Source of the DNA: Octopus sinensis
Lineage: Eukaryota
Direction of reading: 5' to 3'
Length of the DNA stretch: 64,000 bases
Assembly (NCBI RefSeq): GCF_006345805.1
Contig: NC_042999.1
Coordinates: 14,260,001-14,324,000, forward strand
Of this stretch, positions 1 to 11,899 are shown piece after piece (position 1 is the stretch's first letter; every line of letters begins with the position of its first letter). A program made the position numbers and the translations under genes. The notes under the pieces were generated by a model, which made no database searches, had not been told where the DNA came from, and saw nothing but the letters and a program-made list of their open reading frames with translations.

Positions 1-202
1 ACACACATAATACATATATATATATATATACATATATACGACAGGCTTCTTTCAGTTTCCGTCTACCAAATCCACTCACAAGGCATTGGTCGGCCCGAGG
101 ATATAGCAGAAGACACTTGCCCAAGATGCCACGCAGTGGGACTGAACCCGGAACCATGTGGTTGGTTAGCAAGCTACTTACCACACAGCCACTCCTGCGC
201 CT
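1..202 (-). mobile_element. SINE family A (tRNA-like head GGCGCAGGAGTGGCTGTGTGG), partial at window edge
   Basis: Reverse complement shows A-box-like TGGCTGTGTGG, B-box-like GGTTCAGTCCC and then CTTGGGCAAGTGTCTT; near-identical to 41214-41600 and 21674-22055. Confidence 0.85.
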
Positions 203-339
203 ACACTGATGATAGTTCTTGTGCTTCGAGGCGATGAACTCCTCTTCTTTGAAGCTTCTATACCCCCTCTTGGCTGATGAAGCGTCGCGAGTGTAGGCAA
301 TGAGCGAAGAAGTAATAATCGGAGGGAGATATTTTCCCG

Positions 340-690
340 GAATAATTACGTGCATAAGCAATGTTTACGCAAAGGACCTGTCGCTAAACATGGGCGTTTC
401 GAATACAATGTGACGCTCTACGCCTGGTAGAATTATGAGAAGATAATCTAACTACGAGGTTGTTCCGTATGGTCGAACCATCGATGATAACTTGTGCTCA
501 GAACTGCTGGAGCAGATGTATGCTGCTGTGCGGTAAAAATACCTGTCATTGGTTAACTGAAAGCAAGCTCTTCTGCAATAAGACAACGCAAACCCTCAAA
601 GACAACGCAAACCCTCAAAGACAACGCAAGTCCTCGTACTACTCGAATAACCAGGAATAATAAACTCCACTAACTTGAGGAAATCGAATT
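340..690 (+). pseudogene. Degraded mariner transposase C-terminal fragment
   Basis: Translates with stops as YEVVPYGRTIDDNLCSELLEQMYAAV..LLQ*DNANP..EEIEL, matching the mariner catalytic region (YELL..G.TI...YC.QL..L / QDNA.PH). Confidence 0.75.
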
Positions 691-840
691 GATGCTATTC
701 TTGCACAGACACACACACACACACACACACACTGTGGGAGAGTCGTAAGGGATCACTTGCATGAAACAGAGCTAATGGCTAACAATCTCTTTTTATCTAG
801 TATGCAAAATAAATAAATGAGTAAATAAATAAACAGATAT

Positions 841-1222
841 GGATGGAAGCACTCCGTCGGTTACGACGATGAGGGTTCCGGTTGATCCGATCAACGGAAC
901 AGCCTGCTCGTGAAATTAACGTGTAAGTGGCTGAGCACTCCACAGACACGTGTACCCTTAACGTAGTTCTCGAGGATATTCAACGTGACAAAGATAGTGA
1001 CAAGGCCGGCCCTTTGAAATACAGGTACAACAGAAACAGGAAGTAAGAGAAAGTTGTGGTGAAAGAGTACAACAGGGATCACCACTATCCCCTGCCGGAG
1101 CCTCGTGGAGCTTTAGGTGTTTTCGCTCAATAAACACTCACAACGCCCGGTCTGGGAATCGAAACCGCGATCCTATGACCGCGAGTCCGCTGCCCTAACC
1201 ACTGGGCCATTGCGCCTCCACA
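841..1222 (-). mobile_element. SINE family C (tRNA-derived, ~380 bp)
   Basis: Head GTGTGGAGGCGCAATGGCCCAGTGGTTAGG...GGTTTCGATTCCC has A and B boxes; long unique body ends ...CGACGGAGTGCTTCCATCC. Confidence 0.8.
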
Positions 1223-1769
1223 CAAATAAACAGATAAATCCAGAGAACACTGTGGGCGTTGACAGACCATTTCTGCAACATTCAATATGACAATATTTCT
1301 GATGATAAACGGTAGGATATGAGTCATATCCTCCACAACCCTTAACAAGTAGCTGATAAAAGATCACGAGTCTATAAGATATATTGCCCTAAATCTGTGT
1401 AATTTTTTAATATTAATTAGAACAAAACGGAGTCTCATATTTAGGGCATGTGACATTAATAATGAGTGTATTTGTGAACTCTTAGTACAAAAGGGTTCGA
1501 GAAGCTACATTAAATTGTGTAAGACAATTAAACTGGATAAATACGGTTTTAATAATTAGCTATTTGGTTCAATGATTCAAAACACATATGTTACTGTCAG
1601 AGGAAACGTGGCTTACTTATTTTATCATACTACAAATATTTCTTTTCTTTATTTCGCGCCCTAGAACTCATTAGGCTGATTATCCGGCTCCCGTAACCGA
1701 GATCATAACACTCCCCAGGAACGAGGCGCTGGTCCGTGACAGAGTTGAAAGAGAAATTTTGAAGGGAAG

Positions 1770-1925
1770 GGACAAATTCGATTACATCAGCTAAAGTAAC
1801 TGAGTGGTTCTTTATTTTATCGACCGCGAAAGGCAAAGTCGATCTCGATGGAATTTGAACTCAGAACCTAAAGGAACGAAAGAAACGCTAAGCATTTTGT
1901 CTGATGTGCTAATGATTCTGCCAGC
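1770..1925 (-). mobile_element. SINE family B, degraded
   Basis: Reverse complement contains GAGTTCAAATTCC followed by a decayed GACTTTGCCTTTC..GGTCGATAAA central motif. Confidence 0.7.
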
Positions 1926-2081
1926 ACAAAACCTAACCTACAAATCGTTACTTTCTGTTAATTTCATATCAAAATTCTAATTTCTTTTTTAGATAAGGGT
2001 CGAGCCAAGCTTTTGTTGGTGAAAGTGATAGAGACATTTAAGTAATGACTACTATATGTTGCTTACTATATCGGCTAGACA

Positions 2082-2303
2082 GGCAGCGAGCTGGTAGTAT
2101 CATTAGCATGTCGGACAAAATGCTTTGCAGCTTTTTTTCTGGTCCTTTATGTGCTGAGTTCAAATTCCACTGAGGTCGACTTTGCCTTTCATTCGTTCGG
2201 GGTGGATCAAATAAGTACCTGCTTGGACACTGAGGTCAATGTAATCCACTCACTCCCCCCTCCACCAAAATCGCTGGCCTTGTACAAAAATTAGGAAGAA
2301 TAT
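2082..2303 (+). mobile_element. SINE family B (head GGCGGCGAGCTGGCAGAA)
   Basis: GGCAGCGAGCTGGTAG...GAGTTCAAATTCC..GAGGTCGACTTTGCCTTTCATT..GGGGTGGAT..AAATAAGTACC, then the short tail GCTGGCCTTGT. Confidence 0.8.
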
Positions 2304-2482
2304 TAACTCTGCATGGAGTAGCAGAATCGCAAGAAAATCGGAAAAATACCTAACAGTACATACTCTTTTGATTCCAAGTTCAAATCTTGCGAAGTCAAAT
2401 TTGCTTGTCGTCTTTACAGGTTCAATGAAATAAAGTACCAGTGAAATACTTGGTTAGATTTTTATTCCTATAATCCATCTTA

Positions 2483-2639
2483 GCGGTGGCGTCGCTAGAG
2501 TTTGCTGCTTTCCGCGACCCCAGGCCCCACTAGCTTATATAACACTATATAGCAAACTCAAAAGTGCCACCCATAGAAAAGCGTTGCCCGGGACGGACCT
2601 CCCACATCCCACCTCCCACCCCTCTAGCTACGCTAATGC
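2483..2639. mobile_element. MITE-like element with ~18-bp TIRs
   Basis: Left GCGGTGGCGTCGCTAGAG and right CTCTAGCTACGCTAATGC are imperfect inverted repeats of a GCAGTGGCGTAGCTAG-type terminus. Confidence 0.55.
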
Positions 2640-2754
2640 ATTTTGGATGTGAATAGAATCATAACGACGCAAAAGGTGGAAAGATAATAGGACGGAATGA
2701 ACAATTAATCAAACAAGATTTGAAATCAGAACGGTTGAAGGACGGGTTTAATAT

Positions 2755-3290
2755 AAGTTTCAAACTTTGGCACAAGGCCAGAAATTTCGGGTGAGAGGGT
2801 AAGCCGACTACATCGACCCCACTGCTTACCTAATACTTATTTTATTGGCCCCAAAAGGATGAAAGTCAAAGTCAACTTCAGTGGAAGACGAACACAGACG
2901 AAATGCCAATAAACATTTTGCTTGGCGCTGTAACGTGTCTGCCAGCTCGCTGCCTCGGTTAAAATTAGTTTCAAATTTGGCACAAGGCCAGCAATTTCGG
3001 AGGAGGGATTTAGTCGATTACATCGTCCCAGCGTTCAACTGGTACTTTTTTATCGACTCCGAAAGGATGGAAGGTGTAATCAACCTCGGTGAAATTTGAA
3101 CTGAGTACGGAAAGACGGGTGAAATACCGCTAATCATTCTGCCCGGCGAGTTAACGATTCTGCCGGCTCCCCGCCCTTGACGGGTTAAATATAGGTTTCA
3201 AATTTTGGCACAAGGCTAGTAATTTCAGGGGAGGCGTTAAATCGATTACATCGACTCCCAGTGATCATCTGGTACTTATATTTATCAGAA
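2755..3290 (-). mobile_element. Head-to-tail run of three SINE B copies (third truncated)
   Basis: TTTCAAA(C/T)TTTGGCACAAGGC recurs at about 2758, 2968 and 3197; the first two units end in GCCAGCTCGC/GCCGGCTCCC heads. Confidence 0.8.
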
Positions 3291-3329
3291 AGTTCTGCAA
3301 TCCTCGTGGCTGATCTTTTCTCTTTTATT

Positions 3330-4440
3330 TCTCTCATTAAATCTTCATTTTTGGTTTGTCTCTTTTCGCATTTTTTTTAGGTCTTAGTTCGACCTGTTTT
3401 TGTTGATTTGAGCTTTCCATTTTTCTCTTGTTATTAGTTGCTTTCTTTTCTTCTGTTTCTCTCTCTCCCCTCCTTCTCCTCTTCCTCATCGAATTCTTTC
3501 TCACCGTCTCTACAGTGTTTTTTTATATATGGCCCAGCTGGCCACACTGGAAAGATCGGGGCTTACGCCCCTCGACGAATACGTTAAAGAATTCCTCCCC
3601 AATTTCTATTTTCTCATGTAACTGTTCTAAAATTGACGGTTCTGCTTGTATTAGGAGGTGAACCGTTTGACCGGTCCAATAAGCCTTTTCTGTGATGGTA
3701 GCCTGAAGGGGTGTTATATTATCTTCTTTTTCGCCATGACTGCCTCCATCAATCACATAGGGTTGACTTGAGGTGTGGCCCTTGGTATACGTATCTTTGA
3801 CGTCCTCATTTCCATGTATATTGGAATTAAAACAACGTCCTCAGTTTGTAAAGATTTAACTGAATGCATTGGTGCAGTTTCTATATCTTTCAGTCGTACT
3901 TCGATAGTACCAAATTTCTTCCCTCTGGCTAGGTATGTGATATCCTGCCAGATGGGTTTCAAGCACTTCTCTCTTCGCTCACCTGATCAAGTCTTTCCCT
4001 TTTAGACAGTAAGATTTAAAATTAATTGTTTTTCTTTTTTCTAACATTAATAGTTCTTCCGGGGATTGAACTTTCACAACACCGTCTTCAATTGTTATCA
4101 TATCTTTGTACTTTATCAGGTCATTTTTGTTTGTCGACAACTGGCGGGTTCCACCTCCAGCCGCTGACGCAAAAATTCTTTTTTGTTTAATTTCTTCTGT
4201 TTGAAGGCTTTTCACGTCAATATTCCTCTTTTAAAAAGTACATATTGGGGAAATTCATTTTCAGAAGAATCCGGAATATCGCTAAATATTCCGATCTTTT
4301 TTGCCTCCCTGTTGGTTGACGACTCTTCGCCAGACGAAGTTACACGTTTCGGCATCTCGCCAGCAATTAATGTTTCCCCCCCCCCACACTCCAACTTTCA
4401 TTTCTCCTTAGCCCTCACGTCACACTGTTGTTAATGTTTA
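3330..4440 (-). pseudogene. Degraded non-LTR retrotransposon ORF1 (gag-like) with zinc knuckle
   Basis: Chained ORF fragments 4212..4394, 3979..4215, 3753..3962 and 3523..3756 end in R(S)FQCGQLGHI/KKHC (CX2CX4HX4C with first C lost and a frameshift), followed by acidic REGEKEFDEEEE-like residues. Confidence 0.6.
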
Positions 4441-5002
4441 TTTCAGTTTGGTCACGCCCTTCCAATTGCTATAGACTCGTAATGCATCTTACGGCTGTGC
4501 ATGTCACCTGCATGGTGAAAAATACTACATTGTGAGTGGCAACGTTTAGAGTACTGTAGCTGACTGCTTGTGATCATTCGTCTTTTGGTTTCCTGTAGCT
4601 TTGCTCTGTTTTACAAACCCAGTGAACATATATTTCCTATTTCAAAGAAATTCAAAAATAGATATAAGACCCAAGTAAAAAAAGATTCTCAACAATTCAA
4701 CGTCTCTGGTTGACATTAAGATGCCCACTCCCAACAGGGGCCTTAACTCTCACATTTTAGAGCTCCATGACCTTCATTTTTCAGGAGCAAAATCTTTTTA
4801 ACAGGTTCAATAAGACTGGAATTTTGGAATATGCGCATAAAAATCAGTAGTATGGGATAAATGTGGCACGATTACAGTTGTTTGGGGGTGTGTAAAGAGG
4901 GAAATAACCCTCATCTGCAATTTTGATGAAATTCGAAACATAGATATTCCAGTTCATTACAGAAAATATAACAGAAAAGTCTAATTCTTCAATTGTATGT
5001 AA

Positions 5003-5030
5003 CTCGGGCAACGCCGGGTGACTCGGCTAG
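5003..5030 (+). mobile_element. Helitron 3' terminus
   Basis: Subterminal hairpin CTCGGGC-AAC-GCCGGG followed by CTAG and a T target base at 5031. Confidence 0.7.
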
Positions 5031-5185
5031 TACCTTATATTACCTTATATATTTGCATTCATGCACGTATCTGAACACGCAGATGTATACTTGTATACAT
5101 ATATGTATATATATATATATGTATATATTTATATGCAAATTTTTATATGCATATATGTATGTGCATATATATAAACATACATATA

Positions 5186-5400
5186 TCTATATATATAAAA
5201 CTGAGAACGTGTGCCTGTCTGTCTGTGTGAATCCCTAAAACGTGAGAACTACACAACCAATTTCATTCAAATTTTACACATGCCTTACTTAGGATCCATT
5301 GAGTGTCATGAGCAAAGCTCTGGGCGACTGTACACAGCTACCGGCCCACAGTCGGCGCTATGGCGATGGTGTCACTATTACAAAGGGGTTGGGTTGGGTT
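5186..5400 (+). mobile_element. Non-autonomous Helitron-like 5' end (3' extent uncertain)
   Basis: A|TCTATATATATAAAA start followed by GTCTGTCTGT and CCAATTTCATTCAAATTTT, typical of short Helitron 5' regions. Confidence 0.5.
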
Positions 5401-6137
5401 GGGTAAAAAAGAAAAAGTATCAATTATATATAGAGAACTATAGCACGAAAGCAGTATAAAAAAACAACCCTACCTCAGTTGTTGGCAGTTTTACCTACTC
5501 TGCATTGCGAGCATTGCAACGAGATGCATCTTCGTCAAAGCAATTGCTCCCCCAAAGCAAATGAAATAAAATTTGAGATACGTGGAACGTCAAAGCTGCT
5601 AACAAAAACAGGACAGTGAAAACATTCGGTAAGGGCTGTTTAACCCTAACGAGGTGAAGTGGTGAACGCTGGAGAAAAAAAGCTTTGACAGACGAGAATG
5701 CGTCTTATAATTATAAGCTGAACGAGAAGAAAAAGAATTACATTTAGAAATAGAGATCTATAATTATTGAGGCCAGAATTTCAGTTAGAAATAGAGAACT
5801 ATAAATATTGAATTATGCATAAGGTGGTGGCTTACATTCGGGGCTTCCAATTTCTCTGTAAAATAGAAGATAATCGCAAAATCATCGCACATGTCACCAT
5901 CGATTACAAACACCGGTGGAAGATAAAAGTTCCAGAGGACATTCCTGTTCTTTCATTCGTACAAGGATCGTATTATGTTTCGGCTTGAAATAAATTATAG
6001 ATACAAATATAATGTACAGAAATTTATAAAAAAAAACAGAATAGAAAATAAAAGTCTTAGGCATATAAAATTAGATAACATGAAATATCAAGGTGTTATA
6101 AACTTGAAACCTACTAGAATATCATAGATTTATATAT

Positions 6138-8718
6138 ATCATGTCATCCAATCAGTTCAGTACAATTTTACCTTTTTTTTTTAGATTTGAATGAAATTTA
6201 ATAGTATTTTCAAATGTCTAATTCAATTAAAAATTACTTTTATGCATTTGTGTACGTTTAAACTAATTCAATATTGTTTTACAAAATAATAGAGGATATC
6301 TACAAAGTCTGCGTACATGAGGCTTAACACATTCTTTTAAAACAAAACAATGTTATTTAATTATAATGTTAATAAATAATATTTTCAAAGTGATTTCCAT
6401 CATTTTCAATGCATAACTAGATGAGATGCGCCTGGCAAAATTCAGGTGAACTTGATTAAATAAGTCTACATTGCTATCAATTTCAGCAGTGATTGGTAAT
6501 GCGTTCTCTCATGTGTTTTAAATCTGTAATCTTTATTGAGTCAACTTTCTCTTTCAGCATACTCCAGAAAAAGAAATCAAGGGGAGAAAGGTCTGGTGAA
6601 CGAGGGGACCATTCCATATGACCCCTTCTTCCAATCCAGCGAGGAAAAGTGTCATTAAGCCAATCTCTAACAGTTGTGGCAAAATGGGTGAAACCAATTC
6701 GGAAGGCCTTCGCCTAGGCGCTCAATTTGAGATATTAATTTGTCTCTCAATATGTTTACACAAGTCTCATCCGTTACATGTTCAATGAAGAAGGGTCCTA
6801 GAACATGAGCTTTCCACAAACCACACCACACCATCACCTTTTTGCTGCCTTGCTGGTTGGATGGAGCCATCCAATGTGTTTACCTCGAGACCAGTATAGA
6901 AGATTCTGTCTGTTGACCTCACCATTTACATAAAACGTAGCTTTGTCACTGAACAACACAAATTTTTTCGTATAATTGATATTTTCATCCAATTTATTTG
7001 AAAACCATTCGCACGTCTACATTCGTCTCTCAGGATCGTCTTCATTTAAGTGATGCAATATCTGTAGGTTGTATCGATGAAACTTTTCCTCAACCAGCAT
7101 TTTGTGGATGGTTGGTTTTGGAACACCCAACACCGTTGATGTCTGACGAAGTGCTTTCTTTGGGCTAGCAGAAACTTTAGCCATGACGGCCTCTTTCGTT
7201 TCATCTGAAGTCTTTGGTCGCCCGCAACGGGGTTTATCCAAAACACTGCCTGTTTCTTTAAATTTCTTGATAAATTTCCCGACGGCAGTAAAATAAATAG
7301 GTTGCCTATAAGGGTGTCGAAGATTAAATTCTTCCGCAATTTTGCGATAAGACCATCCCTCTCGTCCAGTTAATAATACTAACTCGATTCTTTCTTCTTT
7401 AGACAAATCCATCATTCGATCTGGGATTCTTTCTTCTTTAGACAGAGCCATCATTCGATCATCTGTAGAAAAAATAACAAATAAATTTAGAAAAGTAAAG
7501 TATTTTTTAAAATTCAATTTAAACAAAAGTAAATAAGGAATATTATTATTTCTTATATTTATTTGTTTATGTTATGATTTTATTCCACGTACCCAGACTT
7601 CGTGGACACCCTAAAATTGCTTTGATTAAAACCCTTTCAACGTGGAAGTATCCAAGGAGCATTTAAGGCACATATAATTCTTTATGAGTACAATAAAGGT
7701 AACTCTGCAGCCGAAGTGACTCGAAACATACACTCACTTTATGGGAAAGTGATTGAATGAAATAACTTGCAGGAGATCGTTTGCAAAATTGAAGATGAAT
7801 ATCGAACAGGACGTCCAGTTGAGTTTGATGATAAGCTCCTTGAGGCATTACTTGAAGAAAATCTGTCATTATCAGTTGAAGAATTGGCAATAAAGCTTAT
7901 TTCAAACCATACAACAGTTCATTGTTATCTTCAACAACGTGGAAAGATTCCTAAACTTGGAAAATAGGTGCCTCATGTATTGTCCGAAAGCAACCGCAAA
8001 TCCCGATTTGACATCTGCTCTTCTCTCCATTCTTGCAAACTCATTTCACCCTTTTTCGATAGACTTGTGACGAAAAATGGATTTTCTATCGAAATATTAA
8101 ACGTCGTAAACAGTGGCTTGGTAAAAGGGAAAATGCTCAACCACAACCGAGAAGGGAACTTCATGGGAAAAAGGTTCTTCTCTCTATCTGGTGCGATTGC
8201 AAAGGCGTAATTCACTTTATATTGTTACCACCTAATGCAACAATTAATGCTCAAGTCTACTGTCAGCAATTAGAGCGTTTCAACCAAGCTTTGAAGGAAA
8301 AAAGAGCTGCTTTAGTGAGTCGAAAACGAGTGATGTTTCATCAGGACAATGCGCAACCCCACACTGCAAAGATCACATCACAGAAGATCGAAGAGGTCGG
8401 TTTGGAAAAATTTCTTCATCCAACTTATTCTCTCGACCTTACTCCTTCAGGATACCATTTGTTTCATAGTTTACAGAATTATTAGGGGGACACAACTTTC
8501 GTAAGCCTGGAGGAGGTCGAACCTGACATTTCAGAGTTCTTCGCTTTGAAACCAAAAGAGTTTTACATTGATGGGATTAAAAAGTTTGAAAATAGATGGA
8601 AGTGAGTCATAGATAATCAGGGAAAGTACATTGATGATTAACTTTCAATTACATATAACATTTGATCACTTGTATTCTTTATCCAAAATTCGGACAGAAC
8701 TTATGGGATGACTTGAGA
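6138..8718 (+). mobile_element. Mariner (DD34D-type) element, decayed, interrupted by a nested Tc1/mariner
   Basis: Left TIR ATGTCATCCAATCAGTTCAGTACAATTTT (6141-6169) pairs with right TIR AAAATTCGGACAGAACTTATGGGATGACTT (8685-8714). Transposase remnants at 7643-8640 include HQDNAQPHTA and YSLDLTPSGYHLF. Confidence 0.85.
6292..7613 (-). mobile_element. Tc1/mariner element (rosa/DD41D-like), ~1.3 kb, decayed
   Basis: 24-bp TIRs (19/24 match) at 6293-6316 and 7589-7612. HTH ORF 7017..7526 (KFKETGSVLDKPRCGRPKT); catalytic remnants VMVWCGL and RWIGRRGHMEWSPRSPDLSPLDFFFW. Confidence 0.9.
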
Positions 8719-8724
8719 TATATA

Positions 8725-9279
8725 CACTGGCGAAAGTATATTTAAGACCAATGATAAAAGTTCTATTTCTTACAAAATATTTTGTTACTAACACCATACA
8801 AATTACCTCTATCTTTTACACTTTATGCAAAATTTATTTCTCTTTCGAATGATGCAGACAATAACTATTTTTACACAACTTGAAGAATTCTAATTAATAT
8901 AAACGTTCCAAATTTACCATCAAAATTAGTTTAAGACCATGTAATATGTATGCGATTTCTTTGGCCAAAATGGGTGGTCACACAACGAGCCTAAATGCAC
9001 CATACAAAGTTATAATTTAATATTATTATGCAATTTATTAATAATGGAAAAACAACGTAGCCTTAGTCAGTCACGAGAGCAAAAATCGTATATTACAGCA
9101 AAAAGTTTCCTTTTCGAACATCAGCAAGCAACTAAAGTGCAATAAACCGACTTGCGTGCAAGCGTGGATGTTATACTCGGAGAATGGTCAATATAAAGGT
9201 CGGCAAAGGACTAGTAACAGAATATTTTGTAAGAAATAGAACTTTTATCATCGGTCTTAAATTTATTTTCGCCAATGTG
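8725..9279. mobile_element. Non-autonomous Tc1-like element with ~65-bp TIRs
   Basis: TA|CACTGGCGAAAGTATATTTAAGACCAATGATAAAAGTTCTATTTCTTACAAAATATTTTGTTACTA is mirrored at 9212-9277. Confidence 0.85.
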
Positions 9280-9283
9280 TATA

Positions 9284-9346
<63 letters not shown>

Positions 9347-9557
9347 GTACATAATACGGGAATTTTAATGGAGATAACCTGCAGTATATAGTACAAAATT
9401 TTTGTCTCCGTTAATTAAATGTGGTATACGATAAAAATTTCGGATATTTGTCTTAAAACATTCAGACAAGAAAATTCAGATGTAGCACATGAGGTATTAT
9501 TCCATACGAATATCCACATATTTATATTAAGAGTTTCATGATAAAAATATAGAAATA

Positions 9558-10123
9558 TTGGGTTGTCCGGAAAGTTCGTGCCGATTTATAGTGCTTATCT
9601 TTCGACTTATTTTAGAACATGTTTAAGTCCATAAAATAGGATTTGACTACACCTCCATTTAGAGCACAGTTTAAGCTATCTTTTCGTGGAAGAAGGTTTA
9701 TGTTCCTATAACCTGTGTTAATTCTGTAACCCTTTAAAATAAAAGATGAGAAAGTTCATTTTCGGCACTTGATGCTTTGGGAACCAGGCAAAAATTGCTG
9801 CAGCTCGGCTAGGATGTGCTACCCCTACCCTCCCTTTTCCTCAAATATTGCTCCTTCGGATTTCCACTTATTCAGGGCTCTGCATAATAGTCTTAATGGT
9901 GAACATTTCAATTCTTTAGATGACATAAAAAGATACCTTGATGAATTCTTTGCCTTGAAACCACCCCAATTCTGGGAAGAGGGTATTTTCAAGATAAAGG
10001 AAAGATGGAGAAGTATTGAGCAACGAAATGGTTCAGATTTGGTTCATTAAAAATGTAATGGCAAGTATTTAGTGACCATTTACTTTCCTTTGAAAATCGG
10101 AACGAACTTTCCGGACAACCCAA
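9558..10123 (+). mobile_element. Internally deleted mariner (566 bp)
   Basis: 30-bp TIRs TTGGGTTGTCCGGAAAGTTCGT(G/T)CCGATTT (29/30) with TA on both flanks. N-terminal KDEKVHFRHLMLWE is joined to C-terminal IAPSDFHLFRALHNSL..KERWRS. Confidence 0.92.
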
Positions 10124-10637
10124 TATAAACATAACAATGAAATACGAATATAAACATGAAGAATAAAAACCTAAATTGAAAGAGGCGATTAAAATTTTTT
10201 TCCTAACCTGCAGCCGTTTCAGAAAAGTGGTTGTACGAAGTATTCGAAATTCAGCCCTCCTTCCTCAGGGTTCCTTCTCGAGGTAAAATCCAGCAAAAGC
10301 AGTAAGGCACTACATGGTGAGTATTCATTTGGTGAAAATTCAGTTTTTGAGTATTCGATGAATAAGTGACAGATAATCTCAGGTTCCGAAGTTTTTCAAG
10401 AAATTTACCACGTTTAAATAAGAAATGAAACCTTCGCAAATATAAGGACACAGGAAATGTGTCAAAACCGACAGGAAGCGTCGATGCTTCCTAGGGCTAA
10501 ACAGCAGTGGTGTAATTCCCTTACGGGACTGTCACGTTATGTTGACAGTATACAACCACTCTATCGCTCCACCACCGCTCATGTCTCTTTGAGACATTTA
10601 GAAATTTAATATTTCTAATATATATATATGTATGTAT

Positions 10638-10825
10638 GTACCGTTGGCGATTTTGTTTCCTCTGTCTTCCCTTCTCTGGATCTTTCTTTCTCCTATGTTT
10701 CCGACGAAGAGCTCTGCTCGAAACGTTAAACCCTCCTTCTTTCCTGAGCGTCCAATAATACTATATTTGTTCCACGTCCTCGCGTTGTTGTGTTTTCTCT
10801 TTGTGTTTTCATGTTTGGATTAACT
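10638..10825 (+). mobile_element. Short repeat with hammerhead-like motif (possibly Penelope-derived), copy 1
   Basis: Near-identical to the reverse complement of 17182-17390; contains GTTT-CCGACGA-AGAGC-TCT-GCTC-GAAACGTT-AAAC. Confidence 0.6.
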
Positions 10826-11075
<250 letters not shown>

Positions 11076-11649
11076 GGTGAGGTAAGTTAGACGTTATAAC
11101 AACCGTCTAAAGGATAACTTGTATCCAATCAATTCACTGGTATATTACCTATATCTAATCATGAGCATTAGTGTTAATGCTCATAAATGATAGGTACTGA
11201 CAAAAATAAATTAGAGTTTATCAATATTCAAGGAAAGCGGGAAATTGAGATACAATTAATGGATAACAATTGATTTACATCAATTATCATTTATTAATTC
11301 ATTGCAAAAAGACAGAATCTAAACTTACAGCTGTTTCTCTTAGCGTGATTCTCAGTTCTAACCGCCACAACAATAGTAATGATAGCTATCATTGTAGGTA
11401 ATTAGTTGTACCAAACTGAATCACGAAACTTCGTCAGAGCAGAAAAGTAAATAAAATATAAGAAGACAAAGAAGAAAAAGAAGGCGAAAGGGAGAACGGC
11501 GATAATCAATTGGTGCTTACATGCTGACCCCCTGAGACTTTCGACCGACTAGAATTTAGAAATAGAATGTGGGGTAGTTATAATATTAAGTGGTACGTTC
11601 TTATATATATATGTACACATACACACGCACACACACACACACACACATA

Positions 11650-11822
11650 TATTTTGTGTCCTTTTTTCTCTCCTTGTTTTTTTCTGTGTATCTTTCTGTC
11701 GAAGAGCGTAGGCTCGAAACGTAAAAGACTTTTTCTATTTCTATTCCTGAACGCTATACTAATACATTTGTTTGTTTGCACTCCACCTGCCTTCGTCTTT
11801 TGTTTATTTTCGTAAACTTTCC
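11650..11822 (+). mobile_element. Short repeat, second family with hammerhead-like motif
   Basis: TCTTT-CTGTCGA-AGAGC-GTAG-GCTC-GAAACGTA-AAAGA; related copy on the minus strand at 14165-14325. Confidence 0.55.
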
Positions 11823-11899
<77 letters not shown>

